Shown: one piece after another, positions 30,353 through 39,297 of the stretch
Numbering within the stretch: the stretch's first letter is position 1
Layout of the letters: every line of letters starts with the position of its first letter
Assembly: GCA_044070495.1 (NCBI GenBank)
Contig: JBIPSI010000027.1
Span: 12,127 to 76,126 of the forward strand
Direction of reading: 5' to 3'
DNA: 64,000 nucleotides
Source of the DNA: Spirulina sp.
Lineage (GTDB): Bacteria; Cyanobacteriota; Cyanobacteriia; Phormidesmidales; Phormidesmidaceae
Program-made: the position numbers and the translations under genes
Notes under the pieces: generated by a model
Database searches by the model: none
Told to the model about the DNA's origin: nothing
What the model saw: the letters and a program-made list of their open reading frames with translations, nothing else

Positions 30353-31096
30353 TTGTAGTTAGTGACACCTCGCCAATCACTAATCTTGCTGCTATTGGTC
30401 AGCTAGATTTGTTACGCCAGCTTTACGACTATATTGTCATACCTGAAGCGGTTTACAGTGAAATGATAGCTGTAGGAAAGCCTGTTCCAGGTGCGATTGA
30501 AGTGCAGCAAACTCTAGCTTGGATTCAAGTTCAGAAAATCGAGGATTCTAAAACCGACATTCCGCAGGTTGACGTTTATTTTTTCTTGTGCATTACCTGA
30601 GTCAAGAGCTGAAAACCTTGCTATCAAAGGGTTTCAGAAATAGAGCAATTATCGCCCCAAAGCAGCGACTTAACAATTCGCAATCATTCAGGCAACAGGT
30701 TCCGAAAACTGTGATCGCCATTTCCCAATGCTTTCGGGCAGCGTGAAAATCATGCACATCCAAAATTATTTGTCAACCTGCGGAATGTCGGCTAAAAGAG
30801 TTTTCGCCTTGCAAGCTAGCCAAAATAATATTGATCTGGGCGAAGCAGAAGCGATTACTCTAGCGCTGGAACTTAATGCGGATTTGCTTTTGATGGATGA
30901 GCGTCGAGGTAGAGCATTAGCTCAAAATTGTGGCCTTAATGTAACTGGACTGCTCGGTGTTTTATTACAGGCTAAACGTAAAGGACTTATTCCTTTGGTC
31001 AAACCTATCGTAGATTAGTTAATTGAGAAAGCTGATTTCCGTCTCAACAATCAGCTATACCTAACGATTATGAAATCTGCCAATGAATCAGAATAG
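30349..31096 (+). pseudogene. DUF3368 PIN-like putative toxin, disrupted by a MITE and a premature TAG
   Basis: VVSDTSPI...IEDSK | RVFALQ..DLGEAEAI..MDERRGR..GLLGVL; frame restored on removing the MITE; TAG at 31016-31018 followed by in-frame LIEKADFRL. Confidence 0.88.
30554..30791. mobile_element. 238-bp MITE (IS1634-like ends)
   Basis: 20-bp perfect TIR CCGACATTCCGCAGGTTGAC, 6-bp TSD CTAAAA (30548-30553, 30792-30797). Confidence 0.92.
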
Positions 31097-31118
31097 AAAT
31101 TCGGTGGAAGGACACTGC

Positions 31119-31184
31119 CTATCCTCTAAGGAAATCTGTACTGTTGGTGCGCTCAACAAAGGGAAACCGCTGGCTGTTAAGCAT
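31119..31184 (-). pseudogene. possible truncated partner gene (21 codons)
   Basis: ATG overlaps the upstream stop; MLNSQRFPFVERTNS then early stop. Confidence 0.35.
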
Positions 31185-31455
31185 GGCTATCTTGCTTAGC
31201 AGCCACAATCAGATCCGCCAAGGTCTGAGCTGCCCCATAGGCATCGTAGGGCGACCACACCGTTGCTTCAGTAGAGGCTAGCTGGTTGAGCAACAGATTT
31301 TCTTGAGCCTGGATTTCGGTGGGTTGAAGTTCACAACCTTCTTCTCTGGCAACGGCCAGCAAGAGGAAATGAATCAGGCGCAGCTTATCTTGGTGGGTGA
31401 GTTGACTAACGGCGGGGAGTAATTCGGCGAGGGGCATGGGTTGTGTGGGGTTCAA
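31177..31455 (-). CDS. small hypothetical protein (antitoxin-like)
   Basis: LAELLPAVSQL..DKLRLIHFL, VWSPYDAYGAA. Confidence 0.7.
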   Translation of the reverse strand: MNPTQPMPLAELLPAVSQLTHQDKLRLIHFLLLAVAREEGCELQPTEIQAQENLLLNQLASTEATVWSPYDAYGAAQTLADLIVAAKQDSHA

Positions 31456-31495
31456 TAGCCACTAGGGTAGCTCACGTAGGCTATGGATCGGCTAC

Positions 31496-31603
31496 TTTAT
31501 GACCACCACCGGGGAAATGCTCCCCATCGACGAAATCTTTCAGCGTGGGCTAGACTTGAAGCAGGTTGAAGCATCCTGGCCCAAGGTGCTGCGGTGCGCT
31601 TAA
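31496..31603 (+). repeat. 108-bp diverged duplicate of the dnaE-n 3' end (29132-29239)
   Basis: 99 of 108 positions identical; encodes [39 protein letters not shown]. Confidence 0.95.
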
Positions 31604-31837
31604 TAAGAAGCCTTAGTAGATCAGAGAAACACTACAGGGTAGTTATCCTATCTACCACGGAGACAAGCAAGATGACTGTTTTACATTGGTTTTGTGACCT
31701 ACTAAGCCTTGGAGTTAAAGATCTAAAGCCATCTTAATGATGTAGTGATGGATCAACACAGTACAAAATAAAGAGAATACTTTTGAGGCTAATGCTTCGC
31801 ACTACATTTAGATAAACTGGAGGACTTTAAAAAAATC

Positions 31838-32854
31838 ATGCCTAAAAAAAGTGAATTAGAGTTCGCCAACTTTATTTTGAGATTTGGACAGGATCGAGTT
31901 CTTATGGATTATCTAGAAGAAATTGTTATCCCTGCCTTTAGTTCAGGGCTAGAAAGAAGCTATGGCGAAACAACGTATTTTTTTCATGATGTAGAAATAT
32001 TGAATCTTGGAAGCTCAGAAATCCCTGTACTTTGTATAGCTGGACGATATATTAAGAACACGGTCGTCAAGAGAGAACAGATTTTCAATGAAGAAAATAA
32101 TGAGTTAATAAAAGATAGTGGCTCACTTCACACGTCTCCTTCCGCTGTATTTATTCTCATTCTGAATAACCATAGACTTATTTATTTAAGTGAAACTTCA
32201 CATGCTCCGAATTTATTGTCTTTTCAAGCAACTGCCGCAAAATTTATCAAAGATAAGTATCATGAATTTATTAGTGATCTGTACCAGCAAAATCGCCATA
32301 GGGGGGTGACAAAAGCTAGTCTGTACAGAGAGCATGAACCTCCCAGTCTCGAAGTCGTTTCCTTGACTAGCGAAGAAACAATTGGCGAATTTATAAGTCA
32401 ATATAGTTTGCTTAAAACTGTAGAAATTAAGTTGCTGACCACAAATAATGAGCTCGATAATAATGACTTTTTTAGGCAGGCAAGACAAATCAAAGAAGAG
32501 GCTCATGCAAATACAACAACTATCACGCACAACAATGGTAAAGAAGGTCTTTCCAAAGGTGCGGTAACTCGACAACTTGAGTCAGCATTGAGTCAAGGCA
32601 ATTCAAGAGTCAAACTTAAAGGAAAGGATAGACAAGGTAATAAACTAGAGGGAAGCAATGAAAAATTCAAAATCAAATCTCAGATGCCAGAGATACCTCA
32701 AGCTATTGTAGGAATTGCTGGCAGAGGATATGCAATCTTTCAGAGCTTAGTAGATCAAGGAACTATTTGCTTGGGAGAAAATAGAGAGAATGTTACAGAC
32801 AAGATAAAACAACTTTGGGACAAGCTGCATCAAGACTCCCAGGAAAATGAATAA
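31838..32854 (+). CDS. AT-rich soluble hypothetical protein (tentatively DUF4747-like)
   Basis: 338-aa ORF with GGAGG RBS; HRL, GL and G..V..KG.D..G pattern reminiscent of DUF4747. Confidence 0.75.
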   Translation: MPKKSELEFANFILRFGQDRVLMDYLEEIVIPAFSSGLERSYGETTYFFHDVEILNLGSSEIPVLCIAGRYIKNTVVKREQIFNEENNELIKDSGSLHTSPSAVFILILNNHRLIYLSETSHAPNLLSFQATAAKFIKDKYHEFISDLYQQNRHRGVTKASLYREHEPPSLEVVSLTSEETIGEFISQYSLLKTVEIKLLTTNNELDNNDFFRQARQIKEEAHANTTTITHNNGKEGLSKGAVTRQLESALSQGNSRVKLKGKDRQGNKLEGSNEKFKIKSQMPEIPQAIVGIAGRGYAIFQSLVDQGTICLGENRENVTDKIKQLWDKLHQDSQENE

Positions 32855-33470
32855 CTTCAATCCTGACGATATTACTAAGGAAATTGGCCTGCTTGATATC
32901 TACAAAGCAAGTCGCTCTAAGTTGCCAAGAAATAAAATCAACATATTCTCAACATTGGCGGTCTTTTCAATGTTGACAGTTCATGCGATTTTCTCAAGTG
33001 AAGGCTCTATTTCATTACTAGAAAAAACCAGGGGCTGGGCAGAAATTGGGTTCAGCTTCTCTGCGGGAATATTAGGATTTCTTATTGCAGGATTTACAAT
33101 TTTTGCTACTGTTAGTGATAAAAGCCTATTCATAACAATGGCAAAGGCAAGACATAAAAAAAGCGGATTAAGTTATCTAAAATATAACTTCTTTGCGCTA
33201 ATGTATGTTTTTATTGTTTATTTAGGGTTTGCCATATTATGTCTATTGATTCAGCTATTAGGAGACACTTCGGGCTTTGCATCAATAATGACAAGGTTAA
33301 TTGTTGGGGACGACGACTTCCTGATAGCAAAGCGCTTTTTGGCAGGATTTAGCTTGGTTGTTGTAGGAACGTGGTTTTTTTACGTCCTAATGCTTCTTCA
33401 ATCATTTATCTTCAATGTCTATCACATTGTAATGACTGCAATTCGATGGGAAGTTGAAAAAGAAAATTAA
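32847..33470 (+). CDS. AT-rich membrane protein (about 4 TM helices)
   Basis: 8-bp overlap with upstream ORF; hydrophobic helices including ILGFLIAGFTIF. Confidence 0.8.
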   Translation: MNNFNPDDITKEIGLLDIYKASRSKLPRNKINIFSTLAVFSMLTVHAIFSSEGSISLLEKTRGWAEIGFSFSAGILGFLIAGFTIFATVSDKSLFITMAKARHKKSGLSYLKYNFFALMYVFIVYLGFAILCLLIQLLGDTSGFASIMTRLIVGDDDFLIAKRFLAGFSLVVVGTWFFYVLMLLQSFIFNVYHIVMTAIRWEVEKEN

Positions 33471-33630
33471 GATTAGATGAATTCACTTCTGGATCGATAA
33501 GGTGAGAGAAATGATCTTTCTATATCGGAATAATAAGAGACTGAAAGTCTAATTGAATTGGCAGAATTCTTGTCCTTGCTGCGTTTGCGGACAACACGAG
33601 CTATGAAAGAACTGCAAGGAGATAAAAGTG

Positions 33631-33885
33631 ATGCTTCAAGCCATTGAAGGGATTTATCGTAACGGCAAAATAGAACTACTTGAAGAACCGACCGCCTCTG
33701 AAGGGATGCGCGTAATTGTGACCTTCTTGAATAGTCCAGCAGAGCCAGTTGTGGCATCTGATTTATCAGTTAATTTAGAAGACCGAGGAATTGATGTCGA
33801 ACAGGCCGCAGATTTGCGAGCACGCCTGAGAACCTTCGCTGAAGACTGGGATAGCTCCGAAATGGATAGTTACGATGAGCTATAG
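33631..33885 (+). CDS. small antitoxin-like protein (DUF104-like N-terminus)
   Basis: IEGIYRNGKIELLE..V.VTF, C-terminal EDWDSSEMDSYD. Confidence 0.7.
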   Translation: MLQAIEGIYRNGKIELLEEPTASEGMRVIVTFLNSPAEPVVASDLSVNLEDRGIDVEQAADLRARLRTFAEDWDSSEMDSYDEL

Positions 33886-33892
33886 TCCAATT

Positions 33893-33958
33893 TAGGTTGG
33901 GTAGCGCGACGGGAGAACCCAACAAGCTCTAGACTAGCAGCTAGTGTTGACAACCTAC
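33893..33958. repeat. GTAG-type REP-like doublet remnant
   Basis: TAGGTTGGGTAGCGCG..AACCCAAC...CAACCTAC. Confidence 0.6.
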
Positions 33959-34005
33959 AGTAGCTGACTGATTGTGCCAAAATAGCCGTATAGCCTTGGT
34001 AAGGT

Positions 34006-34155
34006 ATGCAGATGACTACCTTCGAGACTATTGGGTGTGAGCTGGCGTCTGTACCAGAACCATTGCTTTTGCGGGTGCTGAGTTTTATTCGATTGGTAAA
34101 AGATAGTGCTACTTCAGCGAACTGGAACTCAGGACGACTGGCTCTAAAATGGTAG
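34006..34155 (+). pseudogene. possible DUF2281-like antitoxin remnant
   Basis: 49-aa ORF containing ELASVPEPLLLRVLSFIRLVK. Confidence 0.35.
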
Positions 34156-34178
34156 TTACTGTTCAACCACAGTTAGAA

Positions 34179-34430
34179 ATGATGACTGATAATGAGCTTC
34201 TAAACCGAATCACTGCCGATCCAAGAATCATGGTTGGTAAACCTGTGATTAGAGGGACTCGCCTTACCGTGGAATATATTCTCAATCTGCTGGCCCACGG
34301 GGCAACGATAGCTGAAATTCTCGAAGAGTATGAAGGGTTGGCTAAAGATGATATCTTGGCCTGTCTTTTATTTGCCTCACGGTCTTTAGAAAGTGCGAGT
34401 TTTATGCCTCTAGAGAAGGAGATTGCTTAG
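34179..34430 (+). CDS. DUF433 antitoxin
   Basis: RITADP..MVGKPVIRGTRLTV, EILEEY..L..DDILACL. Confidence 0.9.
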   Translation: MMTDNELLNRITADPRIMVGKPVIRGTRLTVEYILNLLAHGATIAEILEEYEGLAKDDILACLLFASRSLESASFMPLEKEIA

Positions 34431-34778
34431 TTGCGCTTTTTGGTTGATGAGAATACGGGAGTTGTCGTTTCCCGATGGTTAAGGAGTTTGGGGTACGAGG
34501 TCTTTTCGGTATATGAAGAAGCACGGGGTGCCGACGACGACATAATTCTACAAAAAGCATTTGATGAAAACTGGATTTTGATTACCAGCGATAAAGACTT
34601 TGGGGAAAAGGTCTACCGGGAAAGACAGCCTCACCGAGGGATTATCTTCCTGAGGCTTGAGGATGAACGATCTGCTAATAAGGTTGCAGTCCTAAAAAGC
34701 TTATTGGAAAATTATTCTGACCAGGTTTCTGACAATTTTGTGGTGGCCACTGAGAAACGAATTCGGTTTGCAAAATAA
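34431..34778 (+). CDS. DUF5615 PIN-like toxin
   Basis: RFLVDEN, DDDIILQKA, ILITSDKDFGE. Confidence 0.9.
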   Translation: MRFLVDENTGVVVSRWLRSLGYEVFSVYEEARGADDDIILQKAFDENWILITSDKDFGEKVYRERQPHRGIIFLRLEDERSANKVAVLKSLLENYSDQVSDNFVVATEKRIRFAK

Positions 34779-34833
34779 ATCATTGATACGGCATCTGGTG
34801 CAGCAGTACCTCGTATTGACGATGAGCTACGGA

Positions 34834-35322
34834 TCACTCCGTCTGCTCACAGGCCCCAATGCTGACCCAGGTGCTAGAAAGGGTGCCGTCTGGGCCTTGG
34901 TACCACTCTTTTTTCCAGATGGGGGCATTGTGCTTGAGGGTATCGATGGCGAACTGGCAGGCGGCGAAGGCTTCGGAACGGTGGGGGCAACCGACCGCCA
35001 CAAGGACGCTGATTTCGCCCACGGACAATTTCCCGGTGCGGTGGTGGATCACGACACGGGTGGCATCGGGCCAGGTTTGGTGAATTTGATCGGCAATTTG
35101 GCGAAACACCTCCAGGGCCATGGGTTCGTAGGCTTGGTATTCCAGGGCAAGGACGGGAAAGCCATCGGTGTTGTTGCGCACCATGCCGCTCATCACCACG
35201 ACAGCCCCATTGGCGGGATCGTCGGCGAGGGCGTAGACCTCCTCTAGGCTGAGGGGGGCAAAGGTGATGCGAAAGGCGTTGGTATCTGAGCTTACCGGGG
35301 CCGAACTGGAGGCAACAACCAT
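34834..35322 (-). CDS. moaE: molybdopterin synthase catalytic subunit
   Basis: GMVRN, LEYQAY, HRTGKL, HRSEAF, PIWKKE. Confidence 0.93.
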   Translation of the reverse strand: MVVASSSAPVSSDTNAFRITFAPLSLEEVYALADDPANGAVVVMSGMVRNNTDGFPVLALEYQAYEPMALEVFRQIADQIHQTWPDATRVVIHHRTGKLSVGEISVLVAVGCPHRSEAFAACQFAIDTLKHNAPIWKKEWYQGPDGTLSSTWVSIGACEQTE

Positions 35323-35455
35323 AGAAAACCGTACTCTACTGAGACCAAGATACCGTGCTCTTTTCCTTTGGGGGTGGCGGTCTGCGAGGCTGAGCCTATC
35401 GCGGTAGACTGAATACCTAACCGAGATGTATTAAAGGACGGCACCACACCACACC

Positions 35456-37006
35456 ATGGCTACTACTGGGTTGATTTTGCTGGCGGCGATTGCGATTTTG
35501 GTTTGGGGCTACCGTCGCGCCCTGCCCTACGGCACCATCGGGATTTTGGCCTGGTTGCAGTCGGTGGTTTTGATGGCTCCGTGGCTGTTGTTTTTTGGCC
35601 TATTTGCCCTGGGCATCTACATCAACCTAGCGGGGGTGCTGCTGCTGTTGTTGGTGTCCACGGGAGTTTATATCTACCTGGGCCGTCGCCTACGCACTTT
35701 GGGCCAAGAGGCGCTGATGGCGGAGCGAGCCGCCCAGTCCCTCAAGGCAGAGGCTTCCGAAAGTTTAGATCAACCCAAACTAGATCAACCCACAGGCAAT
35801 GTAGACCAGGGTGATGCCACCGAGCCTTTCCCCAACCAGTCAGACGTTACCGCACCAGCCAAGGCAGCCGCCAAGGCGGAGGCGGAGGCCAAAATCGTAA
35901 TTCCTGCGGAGGATTTGACGCAAATTGAGGGAATTTTCGGCATCGATACCTACTTTCGTACCGAAACCATCCCCTACGATCAGGGCGCTATTTTTCGCGG
36001 CAATTTGCGCGGCAACCCCGCCGAAACCCAGGCCCGACTGAGTGCCATGCTGTCCGAGCGTTTGGGGGATCGCTACCGCCTTTTCCTGGTGGAAAGCCTG
36101 GAGAAAAAGCCGACGGTGGTGGTGTTGCCCGCCTCGATGGATCCCGCCAAAACCACCCGCGCCCAGTGGGCCATTGCCTTGGTGCTGGGCATCGCCACGG
36201 TGTTCACCAGCCTAGAAGCTGGGGCCATCCTTCAGGGGTTTGACCTCGTTCAAGAGTTCTCTCGCTGGACGGCGGCCCTACCCTTTTTGCTGGGGTTGGT
36301 GGTGGTGCTGGTCAGCCACGAAATCGGCCATTGGGTGCTGGCCAACCGCTACGGAGTGCGCCTCAGCCCGCCCTTTGTGTTGCCCACCTGGCAGATCGGA
36401 TCCTTCGGCAGCCTCACCCGCTTCGAGTCGCTGTTGGCCAACCGCAGCGTGCTGTTTGACATTGCCCTGGCGGGGCCAGCGGCGGGGGGTTTGGTATCTT
36501 TAGGGATGCTGATTACCGGACTGGTGCTGTCTCACCCCGGCAGTCTGTTTCAGTTGCCCTCCACCTTTTTCCAGGGTTCCGTCCTGGTGGGCACCCTGGC
36601 CAAGGCGGTGCTGGGTTCTGCCCTCCAGGAACCCCTGGTGGATGTGCATCCCCTCACCATCTTTGGCTGGCTGGGCTTGGTGATTACCGCCCTGAACCTG
36701 ATGCCCGCTGGTCAGTTAGACGGAGGCCGCATTGTGCAGGCGGTCTATGGTCGCAAAACCGCTGGCCGCACCACGGTGATCACCCTGATTCTGCTGGCCC
36801 TGGTCACCCTAGCGAACCCCCTGGCGCTGTACTGGGCGGCGATTATCCTCATCCTCCAGCGCAACCTAGAGCGCCCCTGCCTAGACGACATCACCGAACC
36901 CGACGACGCCCGTGCCGCCCTGGGGCTACTAGCGCTGTTTTTGGCCCTAGCGGTGCTCATGCCCCTCACCCCCAGTTTGGCTGGACGCTTGGGCATTGGT
37001 GGCTAG
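35456..37006 (+). CDS. site-2 protease (M50 family, EGY-like)
   Basis: HEIGH, AGP, LNLMPAGQLDGG. Confidence 0.92.
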   Translation: MATTGLILLAAIAILVWGYRRALPYGTIGILAWLQSVVLMAPWLLFFGLFALGIYINLAGVLLLLLVSTGVYIYLGRRLRTLGQEALMAERAAQSLKAEASESLDQPKLDQPTGNVDQGDATEPFPNQSDVTAPAKAAAKAEAEAKIVIPAEDLTQIEGIFGIDTYFRTETIPYDQGAIFRGNLRGNPAETQARLSAMLSERLGDRYRLFLVESLEKKPTVVVLPASMDPAKTTRAQWAIALVLGIATVFTSLEAGAILQGFDLVQEFSRWTAALPFLLGLVVVLVSHEIGHWVLANRYGVRLSPPFVLPTWQIGSFGSLTRFESLLANRSVLFDIALAGPAAGGLVSLGMLITGLVLSHPGSLFQLPSTFFQGSVLVGTLAKAVLGSALQEPLVDVHPLTIFGWLGLVITALNLMPAGQLDGGRIVQAVYGRKTAGRTTVITLILLALVTLANPLALYWAAIILILQRNLERPCLDDITEPDDARAALGLLALFLALAVLMPLTPSLAGRLGIGG

Positions 37007-37198
37007 TTCGGCAGGAGAGCCAATCTTTAAGAATATGCCGAGCTAGGCGCGACAGAGAAACCTGTCGGCTAGGTTGGGGAATATTACAGACAAAGACCTG
37101 ATGGAAGCACCAACTGGGCTATGGATTTGGCTGTGGGGCCAGGATCATCGTCTAGGTCGCTTTATGGGCCATTGTCCAGGTTGGCTAAGGAGGGAATC

Positions 37199-37711
37199 AT
37201 GGTATCCACAACGCTACGGGAATTGATCCAGCGATACTACCAAGCCGGGGCACGGGATTTGCACGGGCTGGATTTGCAGGGGTTAGATCTCAAGGGATGC
37301 CGCTTGGCGGACACCGATTTTCGTCGGGCAAACCTGACCAAGGCCAACCTGTTTCAGGCCGACCTCACCCATATCAACGGCTACCAAGCCATCCTCAGCC
37401 AAGGCGATCTGCGAGAGGCTGCCCTAGCCGATGCGGTGTTGATTGAGGCGGATCTACACCGCACCCACTGCCATCGGGCTACTTTGGTCAATGCCGATCT
37501 CCGCAAGGCCATCCTCACCCACAGCGATCTGAGCCACGCCAATCTAGAAGGGGCCAACTTAGAAGGGGCTGACCTCAGCCATGCCAATCTGTATTGGGCC
37601 AATCTGCGCCACGCCAACCTGAAGGGAGCTAATCTCAACGGTGCCGATCTGACGGGTGCAAAGTGGCAGGATACCACCATGCCCGACGGTACTCTGCGGA
37701 GTAGTTCTTAG
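37199..37711 (+). CDS. pentapeptide repeat protein
   Basis: A(D/N)Lxx repeats, C-terminal MPDG. Confidence 0.9.
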   Translation: MVSTTLRELIQRYYQAGARDLHGLDLQGLDLKGCRLADTDFRRANLTKANLFQADLTHINGYQAILSQGDLREAALADAVLIEADLHRTHCHRATLVNADLRKAILTHSDLSHANLEGANLEGADLSHANLYWANLRHANLKGANLNGADLTGAKWQDTTMPDGTLRSSS

Positions 37712-37752
37712 AAGATGGTTATTAGTTATTAGAAGGTAGTTATTAGCAAGAC

Positions 37753-38655
37753 TCAGGGTTGTAGACCCACCTGAGGCAAAGCCAACTGGCCAGAGGGGGT
37801 CAGCCCGGTGACGGTGAGGGTGTATTCAATGAAGCTGCCACCATCGCCGCTCCAGCCCAGCAGTTGGCCATTGGGGCTGAGTTGGGGGCTGTTGTTAAAG
37901 GTGGTGACGGCAATGTAGTACAGTCCGCTGCTGGGTAAAAGAATGTTATCCAGGCGAGACTGCAAACCGTTGAAATCGTCGTTGCTGGCGACGAGGTAGC
38001 CCTGGCTGTCAAATAAATAGAGTTGCGAATCGTCGTCGGTGAAGCGCAGCCCCGGCAAAATACGGGTGACGTTGAGATCCACCGTGACCCGATCCCCCTG
38101 TCCACCCACCACGGTAAACACCTCCACCCCAGCACTCACTTCTCCAGCAATCACACCCGATCCACGGGGCGTGCCCACCAGCAGGGCGGGGGACAGGGCG
38201 GGAATATCCGTGGGCTGCGGGTCTAACAATCCGGCTCGCCGGGTGGCATTGATCTGCTGAGCCAGTTGGTCGGGGGTGAGGTCGGGTTCGCCGAAGAACC
38301 GCAGCAAAGCACGATCTAGGAGGAGGGGTTGGCTAGGGGTAGGCACGGTCTCAAGGTACTGGGCTAGATGAGCCTCACAACCTGGGATGCCCGAAATTTC
38401 TAGGCGTTCCTCCTGATAGCGTTGCAGCGTATGGCGAAAGGTGACCAAATCTTGGCGATCCTGAGCCGACAGATCGGGGGAGGCGATCATCGCACTGGTG
38501 CGATCCACAGCGGTATCCCAATCGTTGAGACACACCGCCGTTTTCATCTGCCGTTGCAGGGTGTCCAGGGGTACGCTGGCCACAGTGGCAGATCCCCAAA
38601 CGCCCCCCCAGCTCAGCGCCAGGGCAGACAGACTAAGCCAAACGCGCCGGGTCAT
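37753..38655 (-). CDS. secreted protein with PPC-like C-terminal domain
   Basis: signal peptide; DSQLYLFD..G..VASNDD, G.YYIAV, YTLTV. Confidence 0.75.
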   Translation of the reverse strand: MTRRVWLSLSALALSWGGVWGSATVASVPLDTLQRQMKTAVCLNDWDTAVDRTSAMIASPDLSAQDRQDLVTFRHTLQRYQEERLEISGIPGCEAHLAQYLETVPTPSQPLLLDRALLRFFGEPDLTPDQLAQQINATRRAGLLDPQPTDIPALSPALLVGTPRGSGVIAGEVSAGVEVFTVVGGQGDRVTVDLNVTRILPGLRFTDDDSQLYLFDSQGYLVASNDDFNGLQSRLDNILLPSSGLYYIAVTTFNNSPQLSPNGQLLGWSGDGGSFIEYTLTVTGLTPSGQLALPQVGLQP

Positions 38656-38879
38656 AGACTCCTCCGTTTCCACCAAGGCCGTGAATTAGCAGCCAATCAC
38701 CGGGGCCAGGAAACGCCACCTAGCCTCAGCAGTGGGCTACCTCTAGGGTACCCGCTTTCCCAAAATCCCATCACAGATGAACCTTCGCTCTAGATATCTG
38801 GCACTTGTCCTATCAGGATCCTGTTCTACGAGGATCTCTCGCCAAATGACAGGGCTAAATGGATCCCCACTCATAGGCA

Positions 38880-39213
38880 TCAACAAAGCGAGATAAATGG
38901 CCAACATTGGTTGTGGCAATCAGTTTCGGCTTGCTCTTGTTCGTCCTCGTCGGCCATCCAGGTATCCAGGAGTTGACTCAGTGCCGCTTGTCGCTCTGGA
39001 TTAGGGGCAGAAGCGGACTGTAATGCCTCGTTCCAGGCTTGTTCAGAGGCGCTTGGCTGAACCTCTAGCCCCTGCCGAAAGCGTCGAATTGCCTGGAGTA
39101 GGTCATCCCAATGCTGCGCTGGCGTCTGCTCAATTTCCTGCACTAGTTGCACCAACAGCGCGGCTGATACCGTCGCCGAGGAATCAGGGGGGGGGGGAAC
39201 TCGGTTCTGCCAT
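38880..39213 (-). pseudogene. small hypothetical gene frameshifted at a G11 tract
   Basis: ATG 39213 runs into TGA after the tract (39187-39197); one base fewer joins it to ORF 38880-39155. Confidence 0.55.
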
Positions 39214-39297
39214 GGCTGTGACCAGTCCTATGCTTTAGACCCATTTTAGACGCTGCGACAACACAACCCTCAGGCTAACCAAGCCCAGCAACCCCGC

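Noticed and set aside
29240..34780. prophage or xis-type excision element
   Set aside because: no integrase, recombinase or phage structural genes
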